A DNA stretch of 64,000 nucleotides from Bdellovibrionales bacterium RIFOXYD12_FULL_39_22 (lineage in GTDB: Bacteria; Bdellovibrionota; Bacteriovoracia; Bacteriovoracales; Bacteriovoracaceae). The stretch covers positions 1 through 64,000 of the forward strand of contig MEQL01000050.1 of the NCBI GenBank assembly GCA_001770205.1. The letters are read 5' to 3'. The notes under the pieces are model-generated. The model had not been told where the DNA came from. It ran no database searches and worked only from the letters and a program-made list of their open reading frames with translations. Below are positions 1 through 10,600 of the stretch, in pieces (within the stretch, counting starts at the first letter, position 1; every line of letters starts with the position of its first letter). The position numbers and the translations under genes were made by a program.

Positions 1-188
1 CAACCTCGTATCTGCTTAAGCAAGTTCTTACATAGTTAGTGAAAGTTATTTGTATGCAAAAATAATAATATCCTGCGAAAAGGTATGTCGGTATCTTGAT
101 TGCCGCACTCAAAATGTCCCCTTAACAGCTTTGTTCCTCAGACCAACTCATAACCTATACGCAACATGAAAATGCCGATCACCTATGA

Positions 189-368
189 CGTCCTATCCTT
201 CTTTTACTTTCAGAAAATTATTCAGAAAGTCTTTGCGACAGAGGCGGTTATTATTTAGGTGGTTCCCTGGGTGCCATGTATTTTGGATTAAAAGAAGATC
301 AAGGATTGGCCTCAAATTTGGATAAATTCAATTTTACACTAAGTTTAAATTTGGGTTATAAATTTTAG
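189..368 (+). pseudogene. 3' remnant of an outer-membrane beta-barrel protein gene
   Basis: Hand translation of 189-368 gives ...GGYYLGGSLGAMYFGLKEDQGLASNLDKFNFTLSLNLGYKF*, with alternating beta-strand pattern and a C-terminal Phe beta-signal. In-frame TGA at 186-188 and no intact 5' part. Confidence 0.5.
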
Positions 369-373
369 AATAT

Positions 374-408
374 AAAAAAAGGCCAAGCATAATATGACTT
401 GGCCTTTT
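374..408. terminator. Bidirectional intrinsic terminator
   Basis: Stem aaaaggccaag (377-387) / cttggcctttt (398-408) with A and T tracts, lying between convergent 189-368(+) and 431-868(-). Confidence 0.8.
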
Positions 409-430
409 CTATAGAAATAAAACTAAGAAA

Positions 431-868
431 TTATTTTACAAGAGTAAGTTTAATTTCACCTTTTTTAAGTGGGAAATTAAGCTTGGCAGCAGTTCTAACC
501 ATAGTAATGAATTGTGGGTTATTTTTTGCTTCACAACCAGAAATATCCAAGGTCATTTCAACGAGGGACATATAATTAGCTGATTCGCGAGTATTAAGTA
601 CTTTGGCGCAAGTTAAATAATTGATGTTATCTACAACACCATGCATGCCGCAACCAACGTTGCTTGGAGCGGAGTATTCAGCGGTGAATTGCACTAATTG
701 TGGACCATACGGCAGACCATAGCAACCAATGATAGGTGCTCGCTCAACAAAAAATTCTTCAGAATTAACATCTTGTACCACTAAAAATACTCTGGTTTGA
801 CCATCTACTGTGGCAAATGCAGTGAAGGAAAATAGAGTAGCTAAAAAAATTAATAGACTTGTTTTCAT
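431..868 (-). CDS. Secreted hypothetical protein, 145 aa, 4 Cys
   Basis: Sec signal peptide MKTSLLIFLATLFSFTAFA, GGAG ribosome-binding site upstream, terminator downstream. Confidence 0.8.
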   Translation of the reverse strand: MKTSLLIFLATLFSFTAFATVDGQTRVFLVVQDVNSEEFFVERAPIIGCYGLPYGPQLVQFTAEYSAPSNVGCGMHGVVDNINYLTCAKVLNTRESANYMSLVEMTLDISGCEAKNNPQFITMVRTAAKLNFPLKKGEIKLTLVK

Positions 869-1054
869 TAAGAACTCCTAGTTTTGGGTTGGTTTTGGGA
901 TTTATCAAAAATTGACACCGGCCGCAACAAAATAAACAAAAGGTTTCTAAAGATACTATTTTTTACATAGTAGGATAGATTCTCAGGTAATCATCTGATT
1001 TTATATTTCTGTCATTTATAGGAATTTATGCTAGAGTGCTGAAAATTTTCAAAG

Positions 1055-1267
1055 GTGCTACAGGGCCTCAAAGGGAAACTCATTTATCAGCAATTGCAAG
1101 GGGTCGTCGTAGATAGGACGATAGATTTTGATAAAATTTTAGGGTATCGCATCGCTAGGATTGAGCAAAAACATCTGCGCTCTTATTGTGCCTACTACAA
1201 AGGAGCAACAGATGATCGGAAACAGCATTTTCAAGGGACTCAAACTTGGATAGGCTTGCGCACATAG
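1055..1267 (+). pseudogene. Possible degenerate fragment of an AAA_14/DUF4143-type ATP-binding protein
   Basis: DFDKILGY...KHLRSYCAYY loosely resembles the post-ATPase helical segment of this family. No Walker motifs and a weak start. Confidence 0.25.
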
Positions 1268-1433
1268 GTTTTACAAACTCCCTATTTCTGAAATTTTGCA
1301 TTTTTTGTATCTATTGCACTCATAATCCAAAAACTATCGTAGATTTGGGAGCGGTAGCTTTGGCAGTATAATTATGGCATTTCCACGCAAGATCTACTAT
1401 TTGCCAACGTTTCCGAGCACAAACTACTTACAA

Positions 1434-1736
1434 CTAGTCTTTAAATTTTACAGTCACACAAACAGAATATTTATTGATTCCAGATTGATTCCCATTCGAC
1501 ATTAAGGTTGCGATAACCGCTACTGTTGGCGCTGATACCTCTAAAATGTCGCAATATTTAGATGTGGCATCATCTGTTGTATAACAGCTTACAAAACCAC
1601 GTTTTATAAGTGTCTTATTTAATTCAGAAACGGCAAGATATACATCGGTACCCTCTTTACTCGCACATTCTACTTTGTATCCAGCAAAAATAGCCGAAGA
1701 AAAAAGACTAAAAAATGCTAAAATTAAGAATTTCAT
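1434..1736 (-). CDS. Small secreted hypothetical protein, 100 aa, 4 Cys
   Basis: Signal peptide MKFLILAFFSLFSSAIFA and AAGGAG ribosome-binding site upstream. Confidence 0.75.
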   Translation of the reverse strand: MKFLILAFFSLFSSAIFAGYKVECASKEGTDVYLAVSELNKTLIKRGFVSCYTTDDATSKYCDILEVSAPTVAVIATLMSNGNQSGINKYSVCVTVKFKD

Positions 1737-2050
1737 TCATTATCTCCTTGATTTAAACGTTTTGAAAAACTAATTCTATATACTGAAACTTGGCCTAGCT
1801 GTAAATCTTAGAATTTTGGGTGTGTAAAAAAAGAATAATTAATATTCAAAACACACTCATAAATCGTCTACGTTACTGAGTGTAGCATGCAAATCGAAGC
1901 GGATTTCTGGATAAAAAATTTTATGTCCACAATTACATACTCTGTAAAAGAATTATGCAGGCGTAAAATCTTAAAATCTCATTACCGTGGTGGAATAACA
2001 TAATAATCTGAACATTAACCAACAGAACATGATTGGCTTGCATCAAGTGA

Positions 2051-2603
2051 CAGGGCTTGCGCATCTAATTTCCCATAACCAAGCAAAAGTGACAGTAAAT
2101 ATTCCTCATCCCATCCGGCAATATTTTGTTTTCGACGAATTGCTATTTTTCGCGCATCTTACTGGATTAAATTCAAACAAAACAGCCTAAGAAGAGAAAA
2201 ATTTTCGGCGCAGTGGCCAGCTCTGTTTCTACAATCGTCCTCCCTAAAAACTACATCCAATACCCAGTGCAGTTCACAAAATATCTTCGCAAACTTGTCA
2301 AAATCGAGAAGTAAAAATAGCCGCCTAAATGTATCATGTGATGGGATTCCGTGCTTAAGATTTAAAAATTTTTTGAACCACTCTAGTTTTGCCTCCCCAA
2401 AGTCCTCGATATCAACTTACTTTTCTTTCCCATAAAAAAACTCCTTCCTTGGTTAATTATGAAAAAGATAGCTTAAAATTTTTGATAGTCCAATGACGCG
2501 GGGCCATTAACGCAGGGCCGTAGTGGCCCGAAATTACGTTGCGCATGGAATGTTTTTGAATTTTATTTTTTAAATTATTATGAAATTAGATGCGTAAGAC
2601 CTG
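2051..2603 (-). mobile_element. Internally deleted ISAs1-family insertion sequence (553 bp, non-autonomous)
   Basis: 22-bp terminal inverted repeats at 2051-2072 (cagggcttgcgcatctaatttc) and 2582-2603, 20/22 identical. Minus-strand translation shows ISAs1 motifs GIPSHDTF (2327-2350) joined directly to LHWVLDVVFREDD, AENFSLLR and AGWDEEYL. RBS and ATG at 2433, early frameshift, internal TAA at 2159-2161. Confidence 0.92.
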
Positions 2604-3102
2604 GGTTGAGTATCTTTAGAAATAATTTGAATATTGTTTTTATATTACCAAATACTTTTTTAGCAAGTCTTTAAATTGAGATTCGTTATGTTGAAACTTT
2701 ACAATTCGATCTCCACAGGTACGAACGCAATTTTAATCCTGCTCAGGTTTTGCTCAGGTTAGTGCATGAAAAATGATTAAAAGGATGAGAAGAAATGAAA
2801 AAGAAAAATGGCAACTAACTAAAATTATTCCAAACATGTTAATATTGTTATTGTAATTTATTGCTCACTCTGACCCCTGGTGGTGGTGCCCATAAAAGTT
2901 GGCACTTTTGTTTTTTTTTACATCGGTTGCTGCTTTTTGCGCCTAGGCTAACACGCTGAATTTATGGCCGGCCAAAAAAGAGAAAATAGTTAGTGTCGTT
3001 TAGTAGTATCATGAACGTAGTAGATATCAGCACGTCACATCCTACGAGGGCCTTACGTAACTAGAGGCAGATAGATTATTAACCTTGAACCATTGGTGGG
3101 TT

Positions 3103-6100
3103 ATGTTGAAAAAAATCTTAAATTTAGCAAACGATTTTTTTGGCCGTTTTTTGCCGCAGATGTCGACAGGCGTACTGGCCATGTTGCTGATACTGGCCTC
3201 TTGCACCGACGAAGAAGAGGCCTTCAGGGTAAAACCCAAAGTGAATAAATCTGAGGCAGCAAAGTTGGTGATCTCCGGGGATGAACTCTATTATGATTAT
3301 GGCCGCGTCTCTATTAATTATCCAGCGGTCCGTGTGATTACTTTGAAAAATGATGGAGATTACGTTGCTAAAATTATTTCCGACAAACAATCCGAAAGCT
3401 TCATGTTTGTTGGTGGTGTTTGGCCTGGACACGTAGAAGGGATGGGAAGCTGCACTAAAGAGATACTGCCTGATTCAGAGTGTACGATCGTTCTGATGTT
3501 TCTTCCGACGGAGATGAAAAAATACCAAGAGAACTTACAATTTGAATACTACTCTGGTTTTACTAACGAAAAAGTTACAATGAAAATTAGCGGCGAGGGA
3601 GTGGGAACTCCTTTTGTATATTTTGATACAATGTTTGATTACTACATGGGAGATGTCTATTATAACGATAACGTACTTACCGGCCGGACTAGAACAGTAA
3701 ATGTTAAAATTAAATATGCTGGCGATCCATTTAAACAGGCCAGTGGACTGGGCCCTTTTGACTTACCCAGCTACTTGCGCTTTCCTAACAAAACCACCGA
3801 TGATAATGGCCCATTTTCTGGTGATTCGGCCGCGGAGTGCGGAACTGTATTGGGACGAGTATCGGCCACGGAGTTTCGCGACTCTTGTGAATTTGCGATC
3901 GAGTTTGCGCCAGACGCACTTGGCAGTTATGAGCACTTGTTTACCTTGGAATACAATAATCAATCTAGTATGGAGCAATCAAAAAAGCGATTTTATGGAA
4001 GGGCCTCTAATAAAAAAATTGGTGCCACACTAAGACTTGAGGCCGTGGGAGGGCAAACTAATTTTGCTTCTTATTTAAGTCAGACGTATCCACTAATCTA
4101 TCCTGAGACAAGCTCTCAACCGATACTTTTTAGATTGGATCGAATTGATGGAAATCAAGATGCGACAGACCTCACGATGTTGTCGCTAACTTCAGGGGCA
4201 TTTTCTTTTGCTGGAGGCAGTTTCCCTGGAACCGGAGGGGATTGCTCCTCCCCAATGGTTGGCAATAGCTGCTTGCTTGCATTGATCTTTAATCCAGCAG
4301 AGGCCATTAAATACAACGATAGAGTTGTTATCAAATATAAAGATGGATTGAATGCTCCATTCAAACAAACGGAGGCGGTAAGTATTGAAGGAAGTGGTGG
4401 ATTGCCACCGGTATTAGCATTTGATAATGGTGATAGTTGGGACTTCGGAGAGATTTCACTGAATGACTCTGCCAATCGCAGTTTTAATTTGAATTTAACT
4501 AACCCCGAAACGGCCGTTCCATATAATTTTGCGGATGCCCTTGTAACTTTGTCTGCTGGCACTGCCGCTGGATTTACGCTAAATAATGGATGTTCTGCTC
4601 ATACTTTTAATTATGATCATCGCGTTTGTTCCATTAATGTTGGCTTTTCTCCTCGGCGTGTTCTTCCCGATGGGCCGCATATTGGAATTGATGATAGATA
4701 TTCAGTGCTAAGAATAGACTATAACAGCAACACCGCCTCCTTGGCCAAAGAGTTATATGCGGTAGGCTCTCGTCGGGCCCGTTTAGTTTTTCAAGTTGCC
4801 AATGGTTTTGGAGTAGATGGAAACGGACTGGTTATTATTAACACTGCTCCCTATAATCCACAAAGGCGAATTCGTCTAACGGCCTACTACGGATTGGAAG
4901 AAGCTTCGTTTACTAGCACATTTATTGATAATAATTTTGGCCTTTTTGTCTATGGTGGAAGCGATGCCTTAGCAGATAGTTTCCCTGGTGAGCGCTTGGC
5001 GGCAGATGGTTCTGTTATAGTGAGCACCAGCAATCCGCCGTGTCCTAGCGGAACCTTGAGCTATAGTAATGTTAACTGCGATATATTATTTAATTTTGCT
5101 CCGACTGAGTATGGCCTGCAAAATGCTTCTTATCGCATTGCCTATGCTAGCTCTGGTTCTCCGTCCAATATTCAAACTTCTAGCTACGTTATGTCTGGCC
5201 GAGGAGTGGATCCGGCGCTTCTTACAGAAAAATCGTTAGGATTTTTATTCACTCAAGCGCAAACTACGGTGGGTAGCGTTGCTTACGGTTACTTTAGAAT
5301 AGGTAACAGCGGCGATCCTGATTCAGTGGCCGGAAATGGAAATTTTATGCGAGCAAGTAATATTGCCAGAGTGTTGAATCAGTCGGCCGGTAGCGCGTTT
5401 ACTTCGGTAACCTCTGGTAGTTGTGGAACACTTACTCCTGTTTGTGGAAGCTACATTGATGCCGGAGTTAACTGCTATTTGTGTGTGCGTTTTGCCCCTA
5501 CCTCGGCCGGTGTTTTTAGTGGCTCGCTGGCAATTAGTTATCGGGACGGTACAAGAACTGATGGTACTATCCCCAACGTTGTTAATATGTCTACTTTTTC
5601 CTTTAGTGCACAGGCGGTAGCATATGTGCCACCTCTTGTCGCCAATATGGTGGTGAGTGTTAGCAGCGTTGATTTTGGAGATTTGGCCATCGGCCAGAGT
5701 GCTACTAACACTAGTATTGTTTTTGAAAATAGAGGAACAGCGGCCGTTTCCGCTATGTCGATAAACGATAATCTGCTTCCTGCGGGAGTGGAGTATGTTA
5801 GTGGTTGCGCTTCGTCCACGTTGGCCGCCGGGGCCAGTTGTACAATCACCTTAAGTTTTTCTCCGACCTATCCTGGCAATTTTAGTGGATCACTGCCGGT
5901 TAGTTACAACAGCGGTTCGGCGATTACTACCACTATCGCCGTGCGAGGAGGAGCGACGTATAGTCTTCCTGTATTTGGAGTCGGGGCCAATCATAGTTGT
6001 GCCGCTAATGCTAAGGCCGAGTTATTTTGCTGGGGCTACAATGAGTCAGGCCAGCTAGGAATAAATAGCGACAGTAATATTTCGGAGATTGTTGCAGCCA

Positions 6101-7242
6101 ATAAGGTAAATCTATCTCTGACTACAGGCGAGTATGTTACTAAACTTGCGCTAGGTGGTGCTCACTCTTGTGCACTGACCAATCTTGGGCGGGTTAAATG
6201 TTGGGGCCGTAATGAATATGGCCAATTAGGAATAGGAGAGGTTAATGCGCACAATTTAAATATCGGAGATGCAACAGGTGAAATGGCCACACTGACGTTT
6301 GTAAATTTGCCGATGGCGGCCGTTGATATTGTGGCCGGCGCCTCTCATAGTTGTGCGATGGTGGCAGATGACACGCTTTATTGCTGGGGTGATAATTATC
6401 AAGGTCAATTAGGAGTGGGAACGAATGGAAATTTTTCACCTACGCCAATTCACTTGGACATAGAGGTACAAAAAATTGTTTTAGATACTGCGCATACTTG
6501 CGCTCTCTTGGCCGATGACTCCTTAAAATGCTGGGGAAATAATGATGTCTTTGGCCAATTAGGTCTAGGTGATGCGATTAATCGCAATGCTCCATCGGCA
6601 GCAGTTAATCTAAACGGTACGGCCATGGATCTTTCAGTTGGAGGGGCCTTTTCTTGTGCGGTACTTACCAGCGGAGCGGTCAAGTGCTGGGGGCGAAATT
6701 CTCAAAATGGGGAAGAGGGACTTGGTGCTTTGGGTAAGTGTTGGGCGGTGGACGGTGGAAGTTTTGTAAATTGTAATGAGACTTCGAATGATCCGCTTTT
6801 GGGGTATGGAAATAGTGCCAATCAGATGGGAGTTAATTTGTCGGCGGTTAGTTTAGGAGTAGCTTTTGTGGCCAGCAAAATTTTTACCGGCGATGCTTTT
6901 AGTTGTGCAATGAGCGGAGTTGCGGGATCGGCACAGTCGCTCAAATGTTGGGGACAAAATGGTGCCGGCCAACTGCTAAAAGGTAACTTAACGACATTGG
7001 GCGTTCTTCCGGCCCAGATGGGGGATAGCTTAACGACAATTTATTCACATGCTACTAGTGGGACAGTTGTGGATGTAAAATTAGGTAGTGCGCATGGTTG
7101 TGCAAAATTTTTAAATGGCGATTTGCGCTGTTGGGGCAATAATAGTGTGGGGCAACTATCAAGTGCGTGTGCGCAATCTTCTTATGGAGAGCGAGCGGGA
7201 GAGACCTCTTTGTCTAGTGCTCCATTAGTGATATTACCGTAA
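3103..7242 (+). CDS. Large surface lipoprotein with tandem Cys-paired Ig-like (ASH / choice-of-anchor D-like) domains and a C-terminal RCC1-repeat propeller
   Basis: Lipobox LILASC. Repeated F.GG.(F/W)PG...C....C.I...F.P units, then repeated HSCA...(L/V)KCWG.N..GQLG RCC1 units from about aa 960. ATG 3103 preferred over TTG 3085. Confidence 0.85.
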   Translation: MLKKILNLANDFFGRFLPQMSTGVLAMLLILASCTDEEEAFRVKPKVNKSEAAKLVISGDELYYDYGRVSINYPAVRVITLKNDGDYVAKIISDKQSESFMFVGGVWPGHVEGMGSCTKEILPDSECTIVLMFLPTEMKKYQENLQFEYYSGFTNEKVTMKISGEGVGTPFVYFDTMFDYYMGDVYYNDNVLTGRTRTVNVKIKYAGDPFKQASGLGPFDLPSYLRFPNKTTDDNGPFSGDSAAECGTVLGRVSATEFRDSCEFAIEFAPDALGSYEHLFTLEYNNQSSMEQSKKRFYGRASNKKIGATLRLEAVGGQTNFASYLSQTYPLIYPETSSQPILFRLDRIDGNQDATDLTMLSLTSGAFSFAGGSFPGTGGDCSSPMVGNSCLLALIFNPAEAIKYNDRVVIKYKDGLNAPFKQTEAVSIEGSGGLPPVLAFDNGDSWDFGEISLNDSANRSFNLNLTNPETAVPYNFADALVTLSAGTAAGFTLNNGCSAHTFNYDHRVCSINVGFSPRRVLPDGPHIGIDDRYSVLRIDYNSNTASLAKELYAVGSRRARLVFQVANGFGVDGNGLVIINTAPYNPQRRIRLTAYYGLEEASFTSTFIDNNFGLFVYGGSDALADSFPGERLAADGSVIVSTSNPPCPSGTLSYSNVNCDILFNFAPTEYGLQNASYRIAYASSGSPSNIQTSSYVMSGRGVDPALLTEKSLGFLFTQAQTTVGSVAYGYFRIGNSGDPDSVAGNGNFMRASNIARVLNQSAGSAFTSVTSGSCGTLTPVCGSYIDAGVNCYLCVRFAPTSAGVFSGSLAISYRDGTRTDGTIPNVVNMSTFSFSAQAVAYVPPLVANMVVSVSSVDFGDLAIGQSATNTSIVFENRGTAAVSAMSINDNLLPAGVEYVSGCASSTLAAGASCTITLSFSPTYPGNFSGSLPVSYNSGSAITTTIAVRGGATYSLPVFGVGANHSCAANAKAELFCWGYNESGQLGINSDSNISEIVAANKVNLSLTTGEYVTKLALGGAHSCALTNLGRVKCWGRNEYGQLGIGEVNAHNLNIGDATGEMATLTFVNLPMAAVDIVAGASHSCAMVADDTLYCWGDNYQGQLGVGTNGNFSPTPIHLDIEVQKIVLDTAHTCALLADDSLKCWGNNDVFGQLGLGDAINRNAPSAAVNLNGTAMDLSVGGAFSCAVLTSGAVKCWGRNSQNGEEGLGALGKCWAVDGGSFVNCNETSNDPLLGYGNSANQMGVNLSAVSLGVAFVASKIFTGDAFSCAMSGVAGSAQSLKCWGQNGAGQLLKGNLTTLGVLPAQMGDSLTTIYSHATSGTVVDVKLGSAHGCAKFLNGDLRCWGNNSVGQLSSACAQSSYGERAGETSLSSAPLVILP

Positions 7243-7249
7243 AGGATTT

Positions 7250-7513
7250 TTGATGGATGATTTAGATAAGTTAATTTTGGAGACACTCTCTTTTTTCCGG
7301 CCGCTTTCAGTTGAGCAAATTCTTCTAGATATGGATGGTAAAAAACTAGAAACCATGCGGGAATTAACCGTGGATGATTTAAAGCTACGCCTAAATGCGC
7401 TTTCGACAGAGGGAATTTTAAAGGCCACCCAGCAGAAAGGAGAGTCTTTTTGGCAGAAAAATTATATGGGTAAGGCCAAAAAAAAATCTTGGATTTCTAA
7501 ATTCTTTCCATAG
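7250..7513 (+). CDS. Small hypothetical protein, possibly winged-helix-like
   Basis: 87-aa ORF 7 nt after the previous stop, AAGGA ribosome-binding site, helical pattern followed by L...GILK...W. Confidence 0.65.
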   Translation: MMDDLDKLILETLSFFRPLSVEQILLDMDGKKLETMRELTVDDLKLRLNALSTEGILKATQQKGESFWQKNYMGKAKKKSWISKFFP

Positions 7514-7654
7514 TTCAAATTATTGCCGCAATATTCTTGAGTAAAACGGTTAGTTTTTTTTGGCGTAATCGAAACTTTTCTGTCTTAAATTTTGATTACA
7601 CAATCGCGATAAAGGGTGTAGTATCTGCCCAAATTTACAATTTTGGAGGGACTC

Positions 7655-10600
7655 ATGAGTAGTGGTAACAGTACAACTAAAATGACCATGGATGGAAATA
7701 TGGCCGCGGCACATGTGGCATACGCTTTTACTGAAACGGCCGGAATCTATCCGATAACCCCATCTTCCGATATGGCCGAGCATGTGGATTCCTGGGCGGC
7801 CAGTGGAAAGAAAAATATTTTTGGACAGACGGTTAAAGTTGTTGAGATGCAATCCGAAGGCGGGGCCTCGGGAGTTATGCATGGTGCCCTGCAAGCAGGC
7901 GCTCTGACTTCAACCTTTACTGCTTCTCAGGGATTGTTGTTGATGCTTCCCAATATGTATAAAATTGCTGGTGAGCAATTACCTGGAGTTTTTCATGTTT
8001 CGGCCAGGCAAGTGGCCACTCATGCGCTTTCAATTTTTGGAGAACACTCTGATGTTTATTCTGCTCGTCCTACGGGGGTTGCCATTTTAGCGTCGGGAAG
8101 TGTTCAGCAGGTAATGGATATTGGTGCTGTAGCACATCTGGCGGCCATCTCTTCCTCAATGCCTTTTTTGCATTTTTTTGATGGTTTTAGAACCTCGCAT
8201 GAAATTCAAAAAATTGATGGATGGAACTATGAGACGTTATCAGGCCTGGTTGATCGAGAGGCCATAACTCGTTTTCGTAACAAAGCGCTAAATCCAGAAC
8301 ACCCAGTTACTCGAGGGACGGCGCAAAATCCGGATATTTATTTTCAAGCGCGGGAAGCTTGTAATCATACCTACGAAATACTCCCAGATATTGTGAACGA
8401 TTATTTAAAGAAAATCTCAAAATTAACGGGGCGAGATTATCGGCCATTTACCTATTATGGTGCACCCAATGCGGAATATATTATTGTGGCAATGGGATCG
8501 GTGACTGAAACGATTAGAGAGACGATCGATTATATGAGTGCTCAGGGAGAGAAAGTAGGCCTGATTTCTGTTCATCTTTTCCGGCCATTTTCTGCTAAAT
8601 ATTTACAAGAAGTATTACCTGCCTCCGTACGAAGAATTGCAGTACTGGATCGTTCTAAAGAGCCTGGATCAACGGGCGAGCCTCTTTTTTTAGATGTAAA
8701 AAATGTGCTGTCAGATAGAAATAGTCAGCTCACTATTGTAGGGGGACGCTATGGATTAGCATCGAAGGATACGACTCCTTCGCAAATTTTAGCAGTTTAT
8801 GAAAATTTAAAGCAGTATGAACCAAAAAATAATTTCACTATCGGGATTGTAGATGATGTTACTTTTTCTTCACTACCTATGGCCAAGCATATAGAAACGG
8901 TTCCGGCGGGAACGGTTGAGTGTAAGTTTTATGGATTGGGAGCGGATGGAACAGTAGGTGCCAATAAAAATTCCATCAAGATTATTGGCGATCATACAGA
9001 TATGTATGCACAAGGTTATTTTGCCTATGACTCCAAAAAATCAGGAGGTGTAACCATCTCCCATCTGCGCTTTGGAAAAAAACCTATCCAATCTACCTAT
9101 TATGTTAATAATCCTACTTTCGTTTCATGTAGCACTCAGGCCTATCTAGGGGTTTACGATATGCTTCGCGGGATTAAAAAAGGTGGAACCTTTTTGCTTA
9201 ATACCATTTGGGATGAAAAAGAGATTGTTAATCGCTTGCCAGATAAGACCAAAAAACAGTTAGCAGATAATAATGTTAATTTTTACATTATCAACGCTAC
9301 TCAGATTGCAGAAGATTTGGGCCTGGGGAGGCGAACTAATTCCATTATGCAATCGGCCTTTTTTAAGTTAGCAAATGTCATTCCTTTTGGTGAGGCCTGT
9401 GATTATATGAAAAAGGCGGTGGTAAAGAGCTATCAGAAAAAAGGAGACAATATTGTCAAAATGAATATTGACTCTATTGAGCAAGGTGCCGAGCGATTGG
9501 TAAAAGTAGCGGTAAATCCGGAGTGGAAGAATTTGGTGGTGGATGAGAGTAGTTGTGTTTCAGTTAAAGGGGTTGATAGTCATACCGAAAAAGATTTGGC
9601 CAAATTTTTAAATAGTGTCGCGGCCCCCATGAACTGCATGGCCGGAGATGATTTGCCAGTTAGTGCGTTTGCGGAGTCACATGTAGATGGAACTTTTCCT
9701 AACGGCTCTTGCGCTTATGAGAAGCGAGGTATTGCCACCAGTATTCCGGAATGGGTGTCTAAAAATTGTATTCAGTGTAATCAGTGTGCCTATGTTTGTC
9801 CGCATGCTGCTATTAGGCCATTCTTGTTAGATGAAAAAGAGATGAAGGGATTACCCAATAACATGGATACACTTAAGGCCATTGGTAAAGAGGTGGCCGG
9901 CCACTCCTATCGTATTCAAGTGGCCGCGCTAGATTGTACTGGGTGCGGTGTTTGTGTCAGTGTCTGTCCGGCAAAAGAGAAATCGCTGGTGATGAAACCA
10001 CTGGAGTCTCAGGCCGCTCAGATTGATAATTGGGATTATTTAAGTAAAAATGTGACTTACAAAGATAGTTTTTTCAAAAAGAACACCGTTAAAGGTAGCC
10101 AGTTTGCGCAGCCACTTTTTGAATTTTCTGGGGCCTGTTCCGGATGTGGAGAAACTCCTTACATCAAAGCGGCAACTCAATTGTTTGGTGATCGGATGAT
10201 GATTGCCAATGCTACAGGATGCTCTTCTATCTATGGAGGATCTGCTCCGGCCACTCCATATTGTAAAAATGCTCAAGGCCATGGGCCAGCGTGGGCCAAT
10301 TCTTTGTTTGAAGATAATGCAGAATATGGTGGAGGAATGGCCATTGGAGTGGAGAAAATTCGGGAACAAATTGCTTCAATGATGACTGAGAATATGAATA
10401 AAGTTTCTCCAACGATGCAGACGGCCTTTAATGGCTGGTTGGAGGCAAGACATAATGGTGAGGCATCCAAGGATGCTTCGGCCAAATTGGTGACGGCACT
10501 TGCTAAAGAGAGTTCACCTCTAGTTAATGAATTAAAAAATCTCGCTCAATATTTCGTAAAAAAATCAATTTGGATTATTGGAGGAGATGGATGGGCCTAC

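Noticed and set aside
1320..1420. Minus-strand peptide ARKRWQIVDLAWKCHN resembling a transposase fragment
   Set aside because: Too short, with no supporting repeats or further motifs.
2041..2613. Target-site duplication around the ISAs1 remnant
   Set aside because: The flanks catcaagtga and ggttgagtat do not match.
2742..2761. Tandem gctcaggtt repeat upstream of the giant lipoprotein
   Set aside because: Only two 9-bp copies, and no riboswitch or known operator pattern was recognisable.
5960..7242. RCC1 repeats as a CRISPR array or diversity-generating retroelement target
   Set aside because: The repeats are diverged protein-level repeats. No identical DNA repeats, template region, reverse transcriptase or cas genes were seen.
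7592..7607. FNR-like box upstream of nifJ (ttgattacacaatcgc)
   Set aside because: It does not fit TTGAT-N4-ATCAA in spacing or in the right half-site.
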